A DNA stretch of 60,343 nucleotides from a virus (IMGVR_UViG_3300044898_000090:1-60343); one strand, 5' to 3'; counted from the first letter of the stretch, positions 38,969 to 48,671 are shown. Made by a program: numbers and translations. The notes: generated from the letters alone by a model not told the origin.

Positions 38969-39229
38969 TCATGCTGCGACCTCGTTGCAGTCGACGCACC
39001 GGTCGGGTACCTGCCCGTGCTCGCACCGCGGCTTGGGTCGTTTCGGGCGTGGCCGCGGCTGACCGGTGTTCTCTTTCGGCTCGACGGTGGTGGTCTCGGC
39101 CCGGATGGGGACGTCCCTGTATCCCATCCGGGCGAGTTCCACGTTCATGCAGCGCTCCACCCCGCTGTCGCTGCGTGCTCGAGCGTTTTCGCGCTCTTGG
39201 AGGAACATGCGGGCGCGGGGGTGCACCAT
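38969..39229 (-). CDS. Small protein with C-terminal Cys/His cluster
   Basis: AGGAG RBS; CEH..C..C. Confidence 0.55.
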   Translation of the reverse strand: MVHPRARMFLQERENARARSDSGVERCMNVELARMGYRDVPIRAETTTVEPKENTGQPRPRPKRPKPRCEHGQVPDRCVDCNEVAA

Positions 39230-39234
39230 GGCTC

Positions 39235-39852
39235 CTAGGAGACGAACAGCAGCGGCGCGACGGCCTTCGCCGCGGGCGTCACGATCGTCGCGGCGGCTTT
39301 CCCGGCAAGCGCCGCGCCGGCGGTCGCGGAGAGGAACAGCGGGCCGTTGGTGAACCACTGGTAGCCGATCGCCGTGGGGATCGACACGACGGCCGCGGTC
39401 GGCACGGTCGCGGCGGTCACGCAGACCTCGGCGTAGAGGAAGCCGTTCGGCGCGTTCGCGGCGGTGACTTCCACTTCGGATTCGAGGGTGAACGTGAACG
39501 GTTTGGACGCGGCGATCGCCGCGGCTACCCCGTCCGCGGACTGGGCGAGCAGCGCCGGGACGGCGAGCCCGGAGTACAGCGCGGCGAAGCTGTGTGTCGG
39601 GGTGACTGCCGCTGTCGCACCGACCAGCATCGCGATCTTGCTGAGCTTGTCGCCGATCTCGACTGGGATCGGGACGAAGCAGCCGACGTCTGTGGCGGCG
39701 AGCGCCCCGTCTGTCGGGTTGGCGAGCCCCAGCCACTCGAGGTTCGAGCGCTGGCTGCGGTTTGCCTGCTGCACCTGGCCGGCCTGGCCGAGCAGCTTGC
39801 GGAATGGGTATGTGGTCGGGTAGCCGGCGGCCACCAGATCTGATCCGGGCAT
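39235..39852 (-). CDS. Putative capsid decoration protein
   Basis: Immediately after the capsid gene; AAGGAG RBS. Confidence 0.55.
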   Translation of the reverse strand: MPGSDLVAAGYPTTYPFRKLLGQAGQVQQANRSQRSNLEWLGLANPTDGALAATDVGCFVPIPVEIGDKLSKIAMLVGATAAVTPTHSFAALYSGLAVPALLAQSADGVAAAIAASKPFTFTLESEVEVTAANAPNGFLYAEVCVTAATVPTAAVVSIPTAIGYQWFTNGPLFLSATAGAALAGKAAATIVTPAAKAVAPLLFVS

Positions 39853-39890
39853 GAGATGCTCCTTTCCGACCACTCAGGGCCAGATGACAG

Positions 39891-39922
39891 AGGGAAACCC
39901 CCGGCCAGAGCCGGGGGGTCCC
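39891..39922 (-). terminator. Hairpin after the major capsid gene
   Basis: CCCCCGGC-CAGA-GCCGGGGG. Confidence 0.55.
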
Positions 39923-39936
39923 AAGTGGTGGTCGGT

Positions 39937-41646
39937 CTAGTACGGCGTTTTGTCTTCGGTTTCCGGCGCGGCGAAACCGGTGCCGGAGCCGATCGTCACT
40001 GACGGCCCGTAGCGCTGCAGCAGCGCGACGTAGTTGTAGAGCCGGAACCTGATCTCCAGGGTGCCGGAGAGCGTCTGGTCGAAGATGTCCGTGCGGACGT
40101 CTCCCTCCATCAGCCACAGGTCGTCCCAGATCGCGCCGATCGCGATGTCCGCCGCGCCGGCGCCGGGAACACCGGCGGCGTCGTTGGTCGGCATGTTCGC
40201 GTCGATGTAGATCTTGGGGCCGAACGGCACTTTGCCCAGCAGCCCCTCGAACGGCGCCTGCTCGGCGTCGTAGAGGGCGTCAGCGTTGAAGTTGCTGAAC
40301 CCGGCGCCGTCCTGCCCGACGAGGAACCTGCCGACGGTGTCGACTGCGGTGAACGCCCAGAACCCGCGGCGGGGGTGAACGAGGAACGTGAAGTCCTGCA
40401 GGTTGAACCTCGTCTGGGCGGTCTTGGATGCCATCGCCCCGAGCACCTGGAAGAAGCCTTGTGCTTTCGGCGTCGCGGCGGTCCATGTGACCGCGTTGGC
40501 TTCCCAGTTGGTGTTCGGGTAGATGCCCTTGATTTCGCCACCGGACAGGGGGGCGCCGACGCCTTTGCCGGAGATCACCTGTTTGTCGAGGGCGACGTCG
40601 TAGGCGGCCATCATGTCGCGGGTGATCACCTGGTCGATGATCGTCCCGGGGGACTGCTCGAGCAGCTGGATCGGGATGTCCGCGAACCCGGCGATCGTCT
40701 TGACTGCCGCGTTGACGTAGTTGTCCTTGATGTCCTGCGTCACCACGGGCGCGTTGTCCGCCGTCTGGATCGCGACGGCGGTCGGCGTGGTGAGCTTCGG
40801 GATGTTGATCGAGTCCGTGCCCGGGGGGAGCGGCATCTGCCGGCACAGCGCAGCGGCCACGCGGCCCGGGCGGAGGTACTCGAGGTAGTCGGAGATGAGC
40901 CACAGCGGCGGTACCGCGTAGCCACCCTGGCCGGGTTCCCTGGAGGGTGCGCGTCTCTCGAACGGGCTGACGTCGAACCCGCGCCGCTCGATCCCGAGGC
41001 GCCCTCGGGTCTCCATCTCGGCGTGTTCGATCTGTCGTTCGGCGGCGCGTGCGCGTTGCTGCGCGCGCTTCGGCAGGATGTCGTCCATCATCCTGCCGTG
41101 CTTCTCGAGGCGCTCCTGGAAGCCCTCGATCTTGGAGCCGAGGTGCTCCCGGAGGTCCGGGCGCATCCTGGCCGCGAGGTCAAGGTAGTAGGAGGCGCTC
41201 TTCGCCTCCCGGTCGCGGCCGTACACCTCTGATTCGCGGGTCAGGGCGACGCCTGCTTCGCGCCCGCTGGCGCGGGTGGCGAGATCGCGGCCGCGCTCGA
41301 CCAGTTCCTGCCGCTCGATCCGAAGGTCGAGCGACTTGATCTCTTTGAGCTTCGCCTGGACGTCCTTGTTGAAGCGCTCCTCCGCCTCAACGAACGCAGC
41401 GCGCTCCTCGTCGGAGGGCTTCTCGTCGTCTTTCTCGGCGGCGTCGCGCGCCTCGAACTCCTCGTGCTCTTTCTCGCGCGCCTCGATCAGCGGGGCGACC
41501 TCGTCGGTCAGCTCCGCACGGCGGTCGAGCATCTTCTGCAGCAGGGTCCGCTCGTCTGTCTCCGGCTCCGTGAGGGTCGGGTCGCCGCCTGCAATTCTCG
41601 GCAGCGGGCTGCCCCACCGCTTTTCGGCCTTGGTCTGGTTTCGCAT
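39937..41646 (-). CDS. Major capsid protein (HK97 fold, N-terminal delta domain)
   Basis: Coiled-coil N-terminus; GGYAVPP..KTIAG..QLLEQS..LDKQVISGKG..IYID.NMP. Confidence 0.9.
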   Translation of the reverse strand: MRNQTKAEKRWGSPLPRIAGGDPTLTEPETDERTLLQKMLDRRAELTDEVAPLIEAREKEHEEFEARDAAEKDDEKPSDEERAAFVEAEERFNKDVQAKLKEIKSLDLRIERQELVERGRDLATRASGREAGVALTRESEVYGRDREAKSASYYLDLAARMRPDLREHLGSKIEGFQERLEKHGRMMDDILPKRAQQRARAAERQIEHAEMETRGRLGIERRGFDVSPFERRAPSREPGQGGYAVPPLWLISDYLEYLRPGRVAAALCRQMPLPPGTDSINIPKLTTPTAVAIQTADNAPVVTQDIKDNYVNAAVKTIAGFADIPIQLLEQSPGTIIDQVITRDMMAAYDVALDKQVISGKGVGAPLSGGEIKGIYPNTNWEANAVTWTAATPKAQGFFQVLGAMASKTAQTRFNLQDFTFLVHPRRGFWAFTAVDTVGRFLVGQDGAGFSNFNADALYDAEQAPFEGLLGKVPFGPKIYIDANMPTNDAAGVPGAGAADIAIGAIWDDLWLMEGDVRTDIFDQTLSGTLEIRFRLYNYVALLQRYGPSVTIGSGTGFAAPETEDKTPY

Positions 41647-41788
41647 GGGTGGTTCCTTTCGGGAGCCCTCACGGGCGTTGGTGACTCCCGGGTTGCGCGC
41701 CGGACCGGACAGGACCCGTGCGTGCCTACTTGGAGGGGCACACGGGGGCTGTACGGCGAAACGAGCTAGGCGGGTACTGCAAGTCGGG

Positions 41789-42970
41789 TTAGAAGCCAGC
41801 GACGGGCACCATGCCCGCGCCGGTGATGGCGCTGATCCCTGTTGGGTAGCGGCCGGTGACACCGACGACATAGCGCCGGGTCTGGATGCGTACGCCCATG
41901 GTGCCGGCGAGCGGCTGGGGCATCACGTCGATGATCGGGTCGGACTCGAGGATCATCAGGTCCGATGGGCAGCAGGCGAGGATCGGCTCCTGGCCGTTGG
42001 CGAGCGTCGGGATCCCGTCGTCAAGGTAGACGGGCCGGCTGGCGAGCCCTGCCGTCGGGAAGTCACCGGCGTAGTCGGAGAGCAGCAGCGGCCGTTCCTG
42101 TTTGTCCTCGGATGTGGCGATCCACGCGAACCGGGGGCTGTTGATCAGCCAGGCCTCCATGGGGATCTTGCGCTTGCGCCCGATCACGGCGATCGCCTTA
42201 CCGAGGACGGGGTAGAGCGTGGTGCCTTCGGCTGGGCCGGCGTAGGGGATCGCGTTGATGCCTTTCACGTTCAGCAGCCCGAGGATCTGGTTGACGCCCG
42301 TACCGTTGAGGAGCTGCTGCTCGAGCTGTTCCTGGTAGGCCGCTTCGAGTGCGAGCCCGACGAGCCAGTCGAGAGAGGCGCCGGCGGGTGACTGCTCGAG
42401 CATCGGGAGCGGCACGTCCTCGGTGCCGGCGATCGTCACGACCGGGTTCTTCGCCGCGGAGTCGGTGATGTCGGTGTCCGATACCGCGCTGTCTGGCGCC
42501 TGCGGCCGGGCGGATGGGCCGCTTCCAGTGAGGACCGGCAGGTTGATTTCCTGGGGGCCCTTCGGCAGCAGAAAGTTCGGTGCGAGCCTACCGAGCACCC
42601 TCTCAGGTCGCGGGATGTCGGCGAAGTACTTGATCATCCACATCGGGGGGGCGAAGTAGCCGCCTTCTCCAGGGTTCCAGCTGGGGGTGACGCGCACCTC
42701 GAACGGCGTGTCGACGGCGAGCATGGCGCGGAGCTCCCGGTCGCGCATGTCGACACGCCACTCAACGGCATGCCGCTGCAGGCGCTCCTCTGCCGCGGGG
42801 CTCTCGCCGCGCGCGGCGAGGAACCGGTCCTGGAAGTAGGAGTGCTCGCCGTGGAGCTCGTAGGTGCGGGGCTCCCGGATGCTCCGGTAGTCGCCGTTCC
42901 GGGCGTGCGCGAGGAGATCCTCGGTGCTCGCAGTGGAGAGGTCCAGGCCGGTCTCCGTGCTGCCGGTCAT
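41789..42970 (-). CDS. Second HK97-fold capsid paralog
   Basis: GGYFAPP..VTIAG..MLEQSP..LEQQLLNGTG..PVYLD. Confidence 0.85.
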   Translation of the reverse strand: MTGSTETGLDLSTASTEDLLAHARNGDYRSIREPRTYELHGEHSYFQDRFLAARGESPAAEERLQRHAVEWRVDMRDRELRAMLAVDTPFEVRVTPSWNPGEGGYFAPPMWMIKYFADIPRPERVLGRLAPNFLLPKGPQEINLPVLTGSGPSARPQAPDSAVSDTDITDSAAKNPVVTIAGTEDVPLPMLEQSPAGASLDWLVGLALEAAYQEQLEQQLLNGTGVNQILGLLNVKGINAIPYAGPAEGTTLYPVLGKAIAVIGRKRKIPMEAWLINSPRFAWIATSEDKQERPLLLSDYAGDFPTAGLASRPVYLDDGIPTLANGQEPILACCPSDLMILESDPIIDVMPQPLAGTMGVRIQTRRYVVGVTGRYPTGISAITGAGMVPVAGF

Positions 42971-44304
42971 CGCCCACCTCCGAGTGCCACGAGCTGTAGG
43001 CGCGCCCGCTTCGTGTAGTCGGGTAGCGGGATCACCTTGCGCTCGGCGCCGCGGTCCTCGGGCTCAGGGTCGGGGTCCGGCTCCGGGGCCGTGGCGCCCA
43101 GCATCTCGGCGAGCACGGCGCGTCTCTCGCCGTCGTCCTCACGCGCGAGGGCGTTGAGAGCCTCTGTGAGCGCTTCCATCGTGGCTGCGCTGAGCGGCTC
43201 GCCGGCGCGCATCTCGGCGCGCTGGACGAAACCGCCGAACACGGCCTCGCCGCCGAGCGACTCGAGGATGGCCGTGGCCTGCTCGGAGCGGATGGTGGCG
43301 GTGGTGGTGGGGCTCGCGCCGTAGGAGACGACTGACACGTCACCGCGGTGAATGTCGAGGGACTTGATGCTGCGGTTGCTGTAGTCGTCGTTCCAGTCTT
43401 CGTCGATCGACCGGAACGCGAAGCTCATCTCGGTGACGTCTCCGCGGCGCATCTTCGGCTCGAGGGCGCGGACGTCGGGGTCCTCGGGGTCGAGCTCAGC
43501 TTCGACGAAGAGCCCCTTGTCGGTCTCGCGGAGTTTCAGGGTGCCGGACGTGGTGCGCGCGAGCGGCAGCCCTGTGTGGTTCACGAGCAGTTGGACGTCG
43601 AGGTCGTCCTTGTTGAGGCTCCGCTTGAAGGCGCCCCGCTCGATCGTCTCCGTGTAGAAGCCGACGGGGTAGGGCACGCCGGTGACGGACGCGATCCCGG
43701 TGAGGACGAGCACGTCTGTGCCGTCGTCATCCGAGCGCACCTCGAGAGCGGTGTCCGTGATCGGCACAGACCGGCGCTCCGGCCGACCCTTGGCCGGCGC
43801 GTGCGCCTTGCGCCACTCGATGTCCTTCGCGCCTTTCTGACGTTCGACGTATTCGGTGACGGGGCGCACCTTGACGGCCTCCCCGAGCACGATCTTGTTC
43901 TCGTCGTCGTATTCGAACGGCGCGGAGTAGAGGTCTCCGCACATGTGGAAGATGACGGTGTAGGGGTTGTCCTCTTTCCCGCCGCCCATCCAGTCCTGCA
44001 CCCACACGTACCACGACGAGTAGTAGTAGCGGTCGGGCTCAGGGTCTGGGTAGGCGTCTGCGATTGCGCCTTCGAGCGCGGTGAAGACGTCGTTGGCGGT
44101 ATCGCGCTGCTCGACCGTGACCCACACGCTCTTGGTCTCCTTGAGCGTGCCGTCCTCCCGCCAGTTATCGGGGACCAGGCCGGGGATGCCAGCCTTGTCC
44201 GCCTCGGCGATCGTGTGCCTGCGGGCGATGTCGTAGCTCGCGTCCGCCCGGGCCATGCTCTGGATCGCTTCTCTAACCGTCTTTTCGCGCTCGGCTTTGG
44301 TCAT
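42967..44304 (-). CDS. HK97 prohead protease with N-terminal extension
   Basis: ETIERGAF..LLVNH..LART.SGTL.L..D.GL..MSFAF..DVSVVSYGA. Confidence 0.9.
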   Translation of the reverse strand: MTKAEREKTVREAIQSMARADASYDIARRHTIAEADKAGIPGLVPDNWREDGTLKETKSVWVTVEQRDTANDVFTALEGAIADAYPDPEPDRYYYSSWYVWVQDWMGGGKEDNPYTVIFHMCGDLYSAPFEYDDENKIVLGEAVKVRPVTEYVERQKGAKDIEWRKAHAPAKGRPERRSVPITDTALEVRSDDDGTDVLVLTGIASVTGVPYPVGFYTETIERGAFKRSLNKDDLDVQLLVNHTGLPLARTTSGTLKLRETDKGLFVEAELDPEDPDVRALEPKMRRGDVTEMSFAFRSIDEDWNDDYSNRSIKSLDIHRGDVSVVSYGASPTTTATIRSEQATAILESLGGEAVFGGFVQRAEMRAGEPLSAATMEALTEALNALAREDDGERRAVLAEMLGATAPEPDPDPEPEDRGAERKVIPLPDYTKRARLQLVALGGGR

Positions 44305-45584
44305 GCTGTACCTCCGGTCACGCCGGAATCGGGTTCGCCGCCGCCGAGCTGGGCAGGCGGTTCCTTCGCCGTGGCTTCCGCCGCGGCTACTTGCGCCAGG
44401 GCCGCCTGTAGCAGCTCTGTGTTGATCGGTGCGAAGAACGTTTTGCCCTGGCCTTCGGGCGCCTCGGGCATGTCGAACAGCGCCCTTACCTCGTCCGCGC
44501 ACCAGGCGCCGGCGAGCATCATCAGCGAGCCGGCCTGCGCGCGCTGCAGCGTGTCGCCACGTAGACGGTGGTTCAGGTCCAGGTTGACGTACTGGCCGGG
44601 CGGGTGGAGGGCCGTGAGCGACTCCTGCAGCCGTCCGATGTAGTCCTGGAGCGTGTTGCGGGTGTACCCGAGCTCCTGCTGCTCGACGCCGGTCCCCCAC
44701 GAGGTGGTGCGGTCGACCAGGCCGATCATGTGCGGCGGGATTCGGTAGATCATGCCGCTGATCTCGCCGGCCGAGAAGCCCCTGGACTGCAGGAACTGTG
44801 AGTCCTCGGGGGTGATCGTGACCGGCTTGAACGTCGCGCCATCGGTGAGGACGGCGGGGAGGTTCGCGTTGTTGATCCCCTGGTGAGCGCTCAGCCAGCT
44901 CGCGAGCATGGCCTTCGTCTCGTTGCGCTCGAGTTTGCCCGCGACCTCGATCACCCCGGCGGGGTAGGCCGCGTTTTTGAAGAAGCTCTCTCCGAACCGG
45001 GCCTGCTCGAGCGACAGGCTGAACGTGAGACGCAGTGACTGGATCGGGTTGACGCCCTCGAGCATCCCGGGCATCGAGAGCATCTTGACGTGGAAGACGT
45101 CGTCGATCGGGATCGGCTTATTGAAGAAGCGGTACTCGATCTGCCCTTCCCGGTTCCGTTTGACCTTCACGTTGTCGGCGGGGACAGGCTTGATCTGTGT
45201 CGCGTACAGGTTCCGGTCACGGTCGATGATGTGGCCGTAAAAGTTGCCGCGCAGCGCCAGGCCCGCGACGAACTGCACCATCCAGTCCAGGAGGCTGATC
45301 TCCGCGTACGGTTCTGTGATCAGTGGGGATGCCGGCAGCTCTTTGGCGTTCCGCAGGATCTTGTTGTCGACCAGGCGCAAGGGCAGCGTCGCGATCGAGC
45401 TCGTCAGCAGCCCCACGCAGCCGTACACCGCGGCGATCTGCAGCGCCGAGTTCTGCGTCACACCAACGCCGCCGTCCATCGACCCCGGCGGCGGAGGGAC
45501 GGTCGACGGGCCCCAGGGCACCGCTCCGCTGACCGCCCGGACCTCTCGGTTACCGGTCGGTGTTGCCAACACGAGACCCGACAT
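44301..45584 (-). CDS. HK97-family portal protein
   Basis: ALQIAAVYGCV..LALRGN..FFKNAAYPAG..DSQFL..IPPHMIG. Confidence 0.93.
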   Translation of the reverse strand: MSGLVLATPTGNREVRAVSGAVPWGPSTVPPPPGSMDGGVGVTQNSALQIAAVYGCVGLLTSSIATLPLRLVDNKILRNAKELPASPLITEPYAEISLLDWMVQFVAGLALRGNFYGHIIDRDRNLYATQIKPVPADNVKVKRNREGQIEYRFFNKPIPIDDVFHVKMLSMPGMLEGVNPIQSLRLTFSLSLEQARFGESFFKNAAYPAGVIEVAGKLERNETKAMLASWLSAHQGINNANLPAVLTDGATFKPVTITPEDSQFLQSRGFSAGEISGMIYRIPPHMIGLVDRTTSWGTGVEQQELGYTRNTLQDYIGRLQESLTALHPPGQYVNLDLNHRLRGDTLQRAQAGSLMMLAGAWCADEVRALFDMPEAPEGQGKTFFAPINTELLQAALAQVAAAEATAKEPPAQLGGGEPDSGVTGGTA

Positions 45585-45585
45585 G

Positions 45586-45861
45586 TCAGCCGATCACCTG
45601 GAAGAAGATCACCCTCTCCCGTGGGATCTCCACGTGACCTGAAAGGTCAACCGCCTCGACATCGCTGCTGTCGCCCTTCGGCCGGTCCATCACTTTCGGC
45701 GCCCAGATGATGTAGTGCCGCCGTGTTTCCCCGGCGAGAACCCCTTCGATCGTGAGGTCGGACTGCTGGACGGGAGGACCCCCGTCGGTGAGGACCGTGC
45801 CGCCCTGGAGGTGGATGCGCACCTTGCGGTTGCGGTTGGAGAACGGGTTGCGGATGAGCAT
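45586..45861 (-). CDS. Hypothetical Sm-like small protein
   Basis: GGAGG RBS; TIEGVL..VEIPRERVIFFQ. Confidence 0.65.
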   Translation of the reverse strand: MLIRNPFSNRNRKVRIHLQGGTVLTDGGPPVQQSDLTIEGVLAGETRRHYIIWAPKVMDRPKGDSSDVEAVDLSGHVEIPRERVIFFQVIG

Positions 45862-45915
45862 CGCTTCGCCTCCACGGATTGCGGGTCCATCGGCGCGCCC
45901 GGCGGGCGCCCGGGC

Positions 45916-46215
45916 CTACTCGTGGGCGACGACTGCGCTCTTTAGGAAGTTGATGACCTTGCCGCTCGCCTGCTCGGCCTTCACCCACAGTTCGCCGGCG
46001 TCGCCGGCCATCTGCTTCAGGAAGTCCTCGATCGACTTGATCTCGACGGCTTTGCCGTCGGTGAGGTGAACGGTGCCGGGCGTGGCGGCCTCCGTCTCGA
46101 CCGTGGCCTCCGGCTTGTGTGCCTCGGGTGCGGAAGCTGCAGGAGCGGCGGGAGCCTTGGGCTCCGCAGCGGCGGGTGTGGCGGGACCAGCGGGTGTGGC
46201 GACTGAGGCCTCCAT
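45916..46215 (-). CDS. Hypothetical Ala/Pro-rich protein
   Basis: AAGGAG RBS. Confidence 0.6.
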   Translation of the reverse strand: MEASVATPAGPATPAAAEPKAPAAPAASAPEAHKPEATVETEAATPGTVHLTDGKAVEIKSIEDFLKQMAGDAGELWVKAEQASGKVINFLKSAVVAHE

Positions 46216-46238
46216 GGAGGGTCTCCTTTGGTTCGAGG

Positions 46239-47774
46239 TTAGAGTTCGCCGTCGGCTTCCATTTCGGCCTTCAGCTCATTCAGATCGATGACTTCGGGTT
46301 TGGGCGCCTGGAGCGTCTGGGAGCCCCAGTGCGCGAGCGTGACCGCGACGAGCGGGGATATGTCCACGGCGGACGATTTGCGCGACCACGCCCACGCGTC
46401 GCCGAGTGGGCGCTTGACGGCGCCGGCGATCGCCTGCTCGAGCTCGCGCGTCCCGAGGTGCCTCAGTGTGTCCTGGTCGACAGCGTCGTAGAGAAGGCCG
46501 CATGCCTGCGCCTGCTCCTTCGCGTTCACGAGCGTTACCTCGATCCCGGCCTCCGCGAGCTCGGCGAGTAGCGACGCCGCCGGGCCGCTCGCATCGCACA
46601 CCACGGCGACTGGTTTGTGACTGACGACGAGTCCCGCGACGCGCTCGACCATCCAGCCGGTGCCGCGCTTGTGCTCAATGATCTCGACGTGACAACGTCG
46701 ATCTGGTCGCGGGCCGGCGACGCCGATGGCGCCGTGGGATCGGTCGGGCGTGACGTCCAGGGCGAAGCAGACAGGGTTGAGGGCTGAGGACTCGCGGTCG
46801 ATCCGCGACGCCCATGCCTCCGGTGTGATGACAACACCGTCGAGTCCGTCGGTGCGCGGCCAGTCGCCGACTCCCAGGCGCTCTACCGCGAAGGTGCGCG
46901 GATCCATAGATCGCTGCTCCCGAGCGACATGCTCTGTCGTGATCCTGATCCCGAGACCGGGGTTCGCTTCCGCCCAGCGCTTCGGGTCTTCAGCCATCGC
47001 CCGAGTCACCTCAGCGGGGTTGCCAGCGTCGACGGAATGCTCGAAGTAAGCGAGCGACGGGTCGCCGCCAACCAGCGCGCGCTCTCGAAGCCTGGCTAGC
47101 GCGACACCCTCGTCGTGGACCTCCTGGTCAACCGCTGACGCCGCGTACATGACCTGCGGGTTCGGCCTGGCCGAGAGTGTCGGGAGGAGCGCGCCGACCG
47201 TGGCCTCGGGGAGGATCATCGCCTCGTCGAGGCCGAGCCAGTCGGCGGTGAACCCACGGCCGCCGCCTTTGGTGCGGGTGCGGAACCGGATGCGCTGGCG
47301 AAGCCCTGTGCGCGGGTTCTTCTTGAGCTCGATGCCCTCCTCGCCGTGCGACTTGGAGACCCGGTCGACGCGCCGATCGAACTCGGGCGTGTCTTCGATC
47401 AGCATGAGGAGCCGGCGGAACCCCTCAAGCGACGTGTCGAACTGATGCGCGGAGTGGATCAGCAGGCGCTCGTCGAGCAGGAACAGCCCGGTGAGCTCGC
47501 GCGCCTCAAGGATCGAGCCCTTCCCGTTCTGCCTCGGAACGACAACGCCGACCTCGAACGCCGCCCACTTGTGGTCGGCGCGTTCGCCGAGCGACTCCGT
47601 GAGGATGTACTCCTCCCACGGGTCGAGGCTGAGCCCCGCCATCCGGCACAGCTCGATCGCTTCGGACCCGGCGGACGAGACATACTGCGGGACCCAGCAG
47701 ATCCGTGGGCGCTGAATCCCGAGCGGCTCAGGTACCTGCAATCCGGTCGGCGCGACTAGCGCTGAGGGCGTCAA
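46239..47774 (-). CDS. terL: Terminase large subunit
   Basis: VPRQNGKG Walker A; LDEA Walker B; ANPGLG; ALDV..; DISPLVA. Confidence 0.93.
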   Translation of the reverse strand: MTPSALVAPTGLQVPEPLGIQRPRICWVPQYVSSAGSEAIELCRMAGLSLDPWEEYILTESLGERADHKWAAFEVGVVVPRQNGKGSILEARELTGLFLLDERLLIHSAHQFDTSLEGFRRLLMLIEDTPEFDRRVDRVSKSHGEEGIELKKNPRTGLRQRIRFRTRTKGGGRGFTADWLGLDEAMILPEATVGALLPTLSARPNPQVMYAASAVDQEVHDEGVALARLRERALVGGDPSLAYFEHSVDAGNPAEVTRAMAEDPKRWAEANPGLGIRITTEHVAREQRSMDPRTFAVERLGVGDWPRTDGLDGVVITPEAWASRIDRESSALNPVCFALDVTPDRSHGAIGVAGPRPDRRCHVEIIEHKRGTGWMVERVAGLVVSHKPVAVVCDASGPAASLLAELAEAGIEVTLVNAKEQAQACGLLYDAVDQDTLRHLGTRELEQAIAGAVKRPLGDAWAWSRKSSAVDISPLVAVTLAHWGSQTLQAPKPEVIDLNELKAEMEADGEL

Positions 47775-48309
47775 GCTGGTCCGTCCCTTCCTCCTCTGGC
47801 GCCAGCTCGCGTAGGCGGTTGATCGTCTCGCGCAGCTCGCGCGTGCACATGGACTTCGACGTCGCCGAGTTGTAGGGGTGCGCGATCTCGTACGCCAGAG
47901 CGACGGCTGCTCGAGCGAGACCTGATTCCCCGAGCGCCTTGTCCCGCCTCTTGATCGCCGCGACATCCCGCTCGGCGCCCGTGATCACATCGGTGCGCCC
48001 GGAGAGAATGAGAGGCTCGGGGAAGAGCTGCTCGGCGACGCTCGTCGGCAGCTCGATGAGCGTCCGGCTGCCGAAGATGCCGAAGATGCTGATGACTCGC
48101 GCGCCGAGGGAGTGGAGGTCGCCTGTGACTGGCGTCTTCTTCGCCGTCGGTTTTCGCTTGGCCGGCTTCCGCTTGACAGGTTTCGTCACTTTGCGCGCAG
48201 CTGGCCTCCCCGGCGTTGCTCTACGCCTGGGTTTGACGACCGGTGCTTCCCGAGCTGCGGGCTTGCGCGGGGACGGTTTCCTGGCGACCGGCTTCTTGGC
48301 CGGCATCAC
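47728..48309 (-). CDS. terS: Terminase small subunit with Lys/Arg-rich N-terminus
   Basis: Upstream of TerL; LA.EI..RELRET..DQLDAL.A.R. Confidence 0.75.
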   Translation of the reverse strand: MMPAKKPVARKPSPRKPAAREAPVVKPRRRATPGRPAARKVTKPVKRKPAKRKPTAKKTPVTGDLHSLGARVISIFGIFGSRTLIELPTSVAEQLFPEPLILSGRTDVITGAERDVAAIKRRDKALGESGLARAAVALAYEIAHPYNSATSKSMCTRELRETINRLRELAPEEEGTDQLDALSASRADRIAGT

Positions 48310-48671
48310 CAGTCCCTCGAAGTCCATCGCCGAGGTATATGTGGTGCCCGCCGGCGCCCCGCGGTCGCACGATTACAGCGGAGATGTTCGGGGCCGGCGT
48401 ATATCGCGCGGTCGGAATCATCGTGACCGAGGTCCCACGGTTCGCCTGGCATGATCAGTTCCTTGCAGCGCGCGCACGCGACGTCGCCGCGTTCGACTCG
48501 AGCGACCCAGAGCTTGCGGCGGCGTCGATGCTTATGCCCGTAGCCCCGCTCATCGGTGGTCCCTCGTTCAAGTTGGCCTTGCGGCTGGCTCGACACGTTT
48601 GCCCATCCTTCGACTCTGTCGCCCCCCCCGCTGCGTTCGATGGGACGAGTTTTCAGAATTGGCTCTAGCAA
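48306..48671 (-). CDS. Packaging-associated HNH endonuclease
   Basis: RGYG..H..CARC..WDLGHDD..GPEHLRCNR. Confidence 0.85.
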   Translation of the reverse strand: MLEPILKTRPIERSGGGDRVEGWANVSSQPQGQLERGTTDERGYGHKHRRRRKLWVARVERGDVACARCKELIMPGEPWDLGHDDSDRAIYAGPEHLRCNRATAGRRRAPHIPRRWTSRDW

